Shown here one piece after another: positions 57,483-64,000 of a DNA stretch of 64,000 nt (within the stretch, counting starts at the first letter, position 1; each line of letters opens with the position of its first letter). The notes beneath the pieces were generated by a model that was not told where the DNA came from, did not search any database, and saw only the letters and a list, made by a program, of their open reading frames with translations. The stretch covers positions 88,412,001-88,476,000 of the forward strand of contig OZ024746.1 in the NCBI GenBank assembly GCA_964016885.1, written 5' to 3'. Made by a program: the position numbers and the translations under genes. Origin of the DNA: Eledone cirrhosa. Taxonomy: Eukaryota.

Positions 57483-59029
57483 GTGTGTACGTGTGTGTGT
57501 TCGTGTGCGTATGTATGTGTGTCTGTGTGTGTCTGACGCAAACGGGGAAGCATGACGATCTCGCGTGAATTAAAACAAAGAAGATCCGTCGTTCTGAGAG
57601 ATTCAATCGGTGAAAGGGAAAGTCTACATAGAGCCACATAGAAACATCTATAAAAATAAGATTATAAAAAATCTGTAGTAACTGACAGTTATAGAAAATT
57701 ACATTAAGCATAAGAATCTAAAAATCAATATAACTAAAGACATTCAAAAATAATTCTAATCTTGGTATAAATATTCTGGAAAACTGCCAATCGTGTAACG
57801 TTGAATAAAAGACAAACAAACATAGAGTTGAAGGTCGAAATCTAACATTAAAACAATTCATAAAATCTAATGAAATAGAAATCATAATTCAGGCCCATTT
57901 AGAAATGCTGGGAATTACAAAATGTGGGATTGATAACTATTATTATTATTATTTGTTACATTTAAATATTTTTTAAGGGAGTAGTATTATTTGTTAAATT
58001 TAAAGAAGTTTTATTTTTGAGGGTAAAGGCACATTTTTTTGTTTTATTCTTGCTTTTTATAAGGATGACAAATTGATGAGTGTTTTACTAGTAAGACAGG
58101 AAATATAAAAGCGTTAAGAAGACAAGGCTGTGGGAGAATGTGTCAAAACAAAATGATGTTTCCTTTAAGCGCTATTCCAGCTACGCATTTCATGAAATTT
58201 CACTCATTCGTTCTCGTAAACAGCCAGGGAAATAAATAATAGAATTGGGTCACGCAGTTTTATTCTCATTAATAATTTATTCCCTTGGAAGGCTATAACA
58301 TGGATTGCTGACAAAAACGTCATCTGATTTAACACTACTTCATAGAAGTGAGATGGAGAGCCTTCTATTAAAATCATTTCGACTATGTCACCAGTTCTAA
58401 CACCTAACTAAAATACTTGGAGGCCTTGAAATGAATCATTTGCACTCCTCCTTTGTACCGGCCTAAGGCACACATAGATACATACGCATATATGATTACA
58501 CCAACACATACACACACTCACATACACACACACACGTATATATATATATACATAGCAAATTATAAAGTAAGAATAAATAATAGACACGTATATATACCTA
58601 TATGTTCTTCAATGTCCCGACTGTACAGTTTCGCTGGTCAGTATGCAACAGTCTTATATCATAGAGATGCAACAGTGTTGTGAGGTAAGCCAGCTTTTCA
58701 AGGGAACACCTCAGGGGAATAGCGCTTCCAGACACGTCCGTAGAAAGCGAGAAAATCTCAAAAAGGCGGAGGGAGATAGTATCCCGTGATACACCGGTCG
58801 CGAAAGGGGACTACATGCCTTGTAGCAGTGAAAAATATCTCAGAAGGTGGAGGGAGATATTGAGAGTCCATTTAATTATTTCGATTATCTTGTCTCTCAT
58901 AATCATAGAGCAACACTGGTTAAGGTCGACAACAGACAATCTCATATACTTGTGAGAAAATATATGTGTATATATACATGCGTATGTATGTATGCACATA
59001 TGTGGGTAACTCTCATTATTGTATATATA

Positions 59030-59293
59030 TAAAGTACCAGTAATGCACTGGATAATTGCTGGCCTTGTGCCTAAAGTAGAAACAATTATTGTATATATAA
59101 CGGGCGGTGGATTGTCAGTATCGGTAGTGGGTCGGACGCCATGCTTTGACATATAGAGTTACAGCCCTTGCCATTCTGAGTTCAAATGCCACCGACGTTA
59201 ACTTTGTATTTCAGCCTTACGGGGTCGATAAAATAAAGTACCAGCAATGCACTGGGTATTTGCTGGACGTGTGCCAAAAGTAGAAACAATTAT
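59030..59293 (+). mobile_element. SINE tail plus full SINE copy
   Basis: gggcggtggattgtcagtatcggtag..gagttcaaat..ggggtcgataaaataaagtaccag..agtagaaacaatt. Confidence 0.85.
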
Positions 59294-59377
59294 TGTATGT
59301 ATATATATATATTAAAAAAAGGAAAAGAATGACTTCACTTGTAGTGCTAAATAATTTTGATTTAATTTATAATATTA

Positions 59378-60312
59378 ATCGCAGTGGTACCCGGCGTTTC
59401 ACGGGATAAGCTATTTTGGAACGCGGGCCGCCAACAGACCTATTCGTGGAAAAACTGCATGCCAGGACAATATGTAAAGAAAATAAACCGGATATTCTGA
59501 TGGATGGATAATCTTTAATATTTTATTCGATGAAGCATGAAAAATGGAGGTTTTCACTTAATAAGGGACCTAGGGGATTAAGAAAATAATTTTTTTTAAT
59601 GTACATATGCCTTGACATTTCGGGATATTCTGTTAGACGTAACGCCTCCAAAAAGCCCTGAAAAGCTGAAAAAATGAAGTGTTTCACCTAATGCGGGCCC
59701 TAGGCCATAAAAAAAAGTTGGATTTTCTTTGCTCACGGTATGAAGAAGAGACTAACTAATACATAGTTTCGATTTCAAGGAAATCGGTCTGACGTAACGC
59801 CTCAACCCCCCCCCCCCCCCCCCCAGCATGCAGTTTTTAACCTAATGAGATCAAAAAGTTTAATTCACCTAGGAGATCAAAAAGTTGAATGTTTTCATGT
59901 ACATAACACTCCTTCAAACATCAGTAATACACATGTAAAGTTTGAAAAAATCGGTTGGGTACTTCTCAAGTTTTAGTGATTCAAACTCACAGAAACACAC
60001 ACACACAGACATCCACAGGGAAGTGACGTAATGCAGACAGCCAGACATACAGACAGATATTTAAGGGCGCGACGTTATATGTATGTATCTATCTAACAAG
60101 AGAAAGACTAAGAATTATAGAGAGATATCGCTAAATCGCCTAATGCGGTCCCTAGGGCATTGACAATTTGAAATTCTTTCTGCTTAGAACACTTCCTGAA
60201 GCATACGTATTGCATGTGTAAAGTTTGAAAACTGTCGGCTGGGTGCATCTCGAGTTTTAGGGATTCAAACTCACACACACACAGACAGACATCCTCAGTT
60301 TTATATATATAG
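59378..60312 (-). mobile_element. Non-autonomous Helitron-like element
   Basis: The minus strand starts CTATATATATAAAA. A cccg..cggg hairpin lies near 59390 with a degenerate CTAG end. Internal sub-repeats (gacgtaacgcctc, ttcacctaa). Confidence 0.55.
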
Positions 60313-60313
60313 T

Positions 60314-60483
60314 CAAGGCCAGCAAATACCCAGTACATTACTGGTACTTTATTTTATCGACCCCGTGAGGATGAAAGGCAAAGTTAACCTCGGCGGTATT
60401 TGAACTCAGACCGTAAAGGGACGTAACTCCAGGCTATGAAGCATGGTGTCCGACTCTCTACAGATTATGCCAATCCACCGCCC
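60314..60483 (-). mobile_element. tRNA-derived SINE
   Basis: Reverse-complement core and head (gccaatccaccgccc). Confidence 0.85.
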
Positions 60484-60789
60484 TAATGTCTGTACGTAAT
60501 GAGGGAGTGAGAGGGGAGAGAAAGAAAGGCAGAGGTGAAGTGACGAAGTGACTCTATTCTCCTCCTCCTCCTCATCCACCTCCTCTCCTCCTCATCCTCC
60601 TCCTCTCCTCCTCCTCCTCCATCTCCACATTCGTCACAGCGATAGAGGGGAGGAATGTTAGTGTGTTACAAAGAGAAAGAGTGAGAGTGAGAGAAACAGA
60701 CAGACTAAAAGAGAGGGATAGCTGGAGAGAGAGAGATAGCAACCACGCGCGCACGTGTTTCCACTGTCGGACAGACAGGCAGAGAAATT

Positions 60790-61699
60790 GCTGGTTATAT
60801 ATTATAAGGAGATAATATTATGAGTTGGTAGATCTAGTAAGTTCTTTGTTAACATCGGTGGAAAGAATTCTTATGACTCATGGTTAACTTTCTTGGAGAA
60901 CTTTCTCGCATTCGTCGGTTGCGATTGTCAAACTGAGATCAGGTTGTGTTGTGATGTGTGACACTATATATAAGAGTGATTTGGATGTGTCTGGGGTGTG
61001 GGGTGTGGTGATAATCAATGTTGATGAAGGTTAAGGAATCAAAGCATACACACAAATACGCGCGCGCACACAAACACACACCCGCACACACACATACATA
61101 TATACACACGGGAAATGATGAGGTTGACATCAAGATAAGTGTGTTTAAGGAAGTGTTGTAAAAATCCCCTCCTGCTGGTTTTATTTCAATAGATGACCTT
61201 TGTTGAATATAATGGCAGGATGATTTTCAAATTCGTTTCTTACAGTTAAATCAACTCTCTTAAATTCATAAAGAATATCTTCTACAAATTTCTATATCAA
61301 TGATGAATCTTGGTGCGTGTCTGGTGGTGATGGTGGTGCTGGTGGGTTTTAATGAGGTGTAAGATACACGTATTTTGATAAAAAATGGGGTGACAGTAAA
61401 AAGAGAAAAAGCAGGATAGTTTTGGAACATTTGTCAGAATTGTATGTTGTTGATATTGGTTTGGGAGAAGAGGTGTGTTGGGGGGGGGGGGCATGCTAGC
61501 TCACATATTTACTTCCCTATATTTAAATATAATTACAGTTCATATATATTGTACACATACACACACATATCTACACACATATATATATATATATGCACAC
61601 ATACCCCCAGACACATATATACATACATGTATATATACATACACATGCATACTCCCACACATACATGTACATACATACACATAAACATACCCCCCTCCC

Positions 61700-61743
<44 letters not shown>

Positions 61744-63030
61744 TATATCACACACGCACATGCATACATACACCTATATATATACACACACACATATGCA
61801 CACATAAATACACACAAGTCTGTACACATATATGTACATACATCTACTCAAGCGTTTAAGTTCACATATACATTGGTGTGTGGGAAAGGGGGGATTAATT
61901 AAATGTTAGTGTACCTCTGAGGGCTTTTCATCTCTTCAGCGTTCGAATGTGTGAAAGTACGGGTGTCATCAACTATTTTTCTCTTTCAATATGAGATTTT
62001 TTTAAAGAAAAGAGAGGGGGAGAATCCCGTTACTTGAAGATGGAATATCACTTTTTTTGTGTTCAGTAGTGGTTTGTATTTTCTAATAAAGAATTCTTCT
62101 TTATATTTTCGGAAATGTTCATTTTTCGACCATATCTTAAAGAAGAGGAACATTGTGAATTGTCCCTTTCCGCATGATGCGAAGTGTTCACTGCGCGTGG
62201 CTTTTCTGACAGAGCGGTCTCTAATTTGTTGTTTATGTACTCAAACTCATGTAGACCCCTTCCGGATTCACCAATGTAGTATTCCTTACATTGTGGGCAG
62301 TTTGCACAGTAACTCAAGTTTCTGGTTTTACAATTCATGTTTGCATTAACTGTGAAAGACTGTTTGTTTTTAAAGGAGATTTGTCCACACGGTACAATAT
62401 CTTCGAACGTTCCGCATCGAGGGTCCCCGCATTTCTTAATTTGCATTGCTTCATTATTAGACGTAAATATTGACTAGGCAAACAGTCTCTTTAGATTGGT
62501 GCTTGGCGTCTACTATATATAATTTGTGCGTCTTTGATGAGTGCATTCATTTTAGGGGACTGCTGGAGAATCTGGAGATATTGTTTAGCGGCTTTCACAA
62601 TGTTGAAGTTCCTTGGATTGTGAGTGAGGACAAAAGGGATAACTGTTTTATCTATTCTATTTTGTTGCTTGGTTTTTCTCAGTGGTGTCACTCGAAAGAT
62701 GGCTGTGTTGATGAGGTTCACCGGATATTCTTGTCTTTTAAAGAATTCTTTTAATTCATATAATCTTTTTTTCCTGTAGTGTGGGGTGTGTTACTATGGT
62801 GCAGATGCGTGTTGCCATCATTAAGGAAGTGGAAAATATCAAAACGGTCTCATTTTACAAACCAACAGACACACACCAATACTTGAATTTCCGTTCAGCA
62901 CACACATCACATACCAAAAGGAACATTCCTTTTAACATGGCAAGACGCATCTGCACCATAGTAACACCCCACACTACAGGAAAAAAGATTATATGAATTA
63001 AAAGAGTTCCTTAAAAGACAAGAATATATA
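60790..63030 (-). mobile_element. Degenerate Neptune-type PLE with inverted RT segment
   Basis: Minus strand RICTIV..IPFVLTHNPRN..RRQ..KCGDPRCG..NCKTRNLSYCANCPQCKEYYIGESG (62060-62816, frameshifted). Plus strand FYKPTDTHQYL..NIPFNMARRICTIV (62820-63026). Degenerate HHR at ~60877-60923 (minus). Confidence 0.8.
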
Positions 63031-63128
63031 TAGAGAGAGAGAGAATACGGGAAAAGGTTTGGGCTCGGCCAGGTTTCAAATATCCTACAAGCGCTGTATG
63101 ACAATACGCTTGCCTTACAACTCCCACA

Positions 63129-63199
<71 letters not shown>

Positions 63200-63492
63200 G
63201 TGTGTATGTGTGTGAGTGTCTGAGTGTTTGTGTGTGCGCATGTTTGTGCGTGTATATGTGTGGGTGTATATGTGTGGGTGTGTATGTGTGCGTGTGTGTG
63301 AGTGTAGGTGTATGTGTGACTAATTAGAGGGATATATAGATATATTTCATGATTTAACGAGTTAATATTAGACCATGAACAACGAAACAACCGACCTTTC
63401 CATATAAATGTATAATCTACAATTAATTCAAAAACTGATTGAATGTATAAGATACCTCTTTGAATTACAGTTTTGTTTTTCAGAAGGCAGTA

Positions 63493-64000
63493 GTCAAACG
63501 TAATAATTGTTTTTTATTTGGCACAAGGCCAACAATTAGTCCAGTCCATTACTGGTACTTTATTTTATGGATCCCGTAAGGAGAAAAGGCAAAGTTAACC
63601 TCGGCGGGATTTGGACTCACACCGTAATGGGACGTAACTCTATGCTGTAAAGCATGCCCTTCGACCCGCTACCGATACTGCCAATCCACCGTCAAATGTA
63701 ATAATTGTTTCTATATTTGGCACAAGGCCAGCAGATATTCCAGTGCATTACTGGTACTTTATGTTATCGACACCGTAAGGATAAAAGACAAAGTTAACCA
63801 CGACGGGATTTGAACTGAGGCCGTAAAGAGCCGTAACTCTATGCTGGAAAGCATACCGTCCGACCCGCTACCGATACTGCCAATTAACCGTCAAATGTAA
63901 TAATTGTTTCTATATTTGGCAGAAGGCCAGCAATTATCCCAATGCATTACTGGTACTTTATTTTATCGACACCGTAAGGAAGAAAGGCAAAGTTAACATC
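63493..64000 (-). repeat. Head-to-tail tandem array of SINE-containing ~198-bp units (runs off window)
   Basis: gtcaaa.gtaataattgttt precedes each SINE copy at ~63493, 63691 and 63890. Confidence 0.85.

Overview
Eukaryotic, very AT-rich, (TA)n-saturated non-genic DNA. The tRNA-derived SINE family suggests an octopod cephalopod (inference from recalled repeat sequence, not a database search). I could not support any host protein-coding gene, and most ORF-track entries are microsatellite artefacts. The window is a dense patchwork of mobile DNA: Penelope-like retroelements (PLEs; Neptune-type RT-thumb/GIY-YIG fragments, one still open and flanked by ~850-1000 bp inverted arms, plus Naiad-type RT and endonuclease fragments), RTE, R4/Dong and CRE LINE remnants, non-autonomous Helitrons, about 15 SINE copies and a 41-bp minisatellite. 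The most interesting signal is non-coding. By eye I find about 15 well-formed and several degenerate type I hammerhead ribozyme (HHR) motifs with short palindromic stem III. Several sit in non-coding partial-tandem units of ~325, ~420 and ~480 nt that look like non-LTR retrozymes (predicted circular RNAs), inserted in (TA)n tracts as fold-back/inverted structures. At least four sequence-unrelated families use a compensated U3-A8 core (UUGANAA) instead of CUGANGA. Coordinates were read manually and may be off by a few bases.
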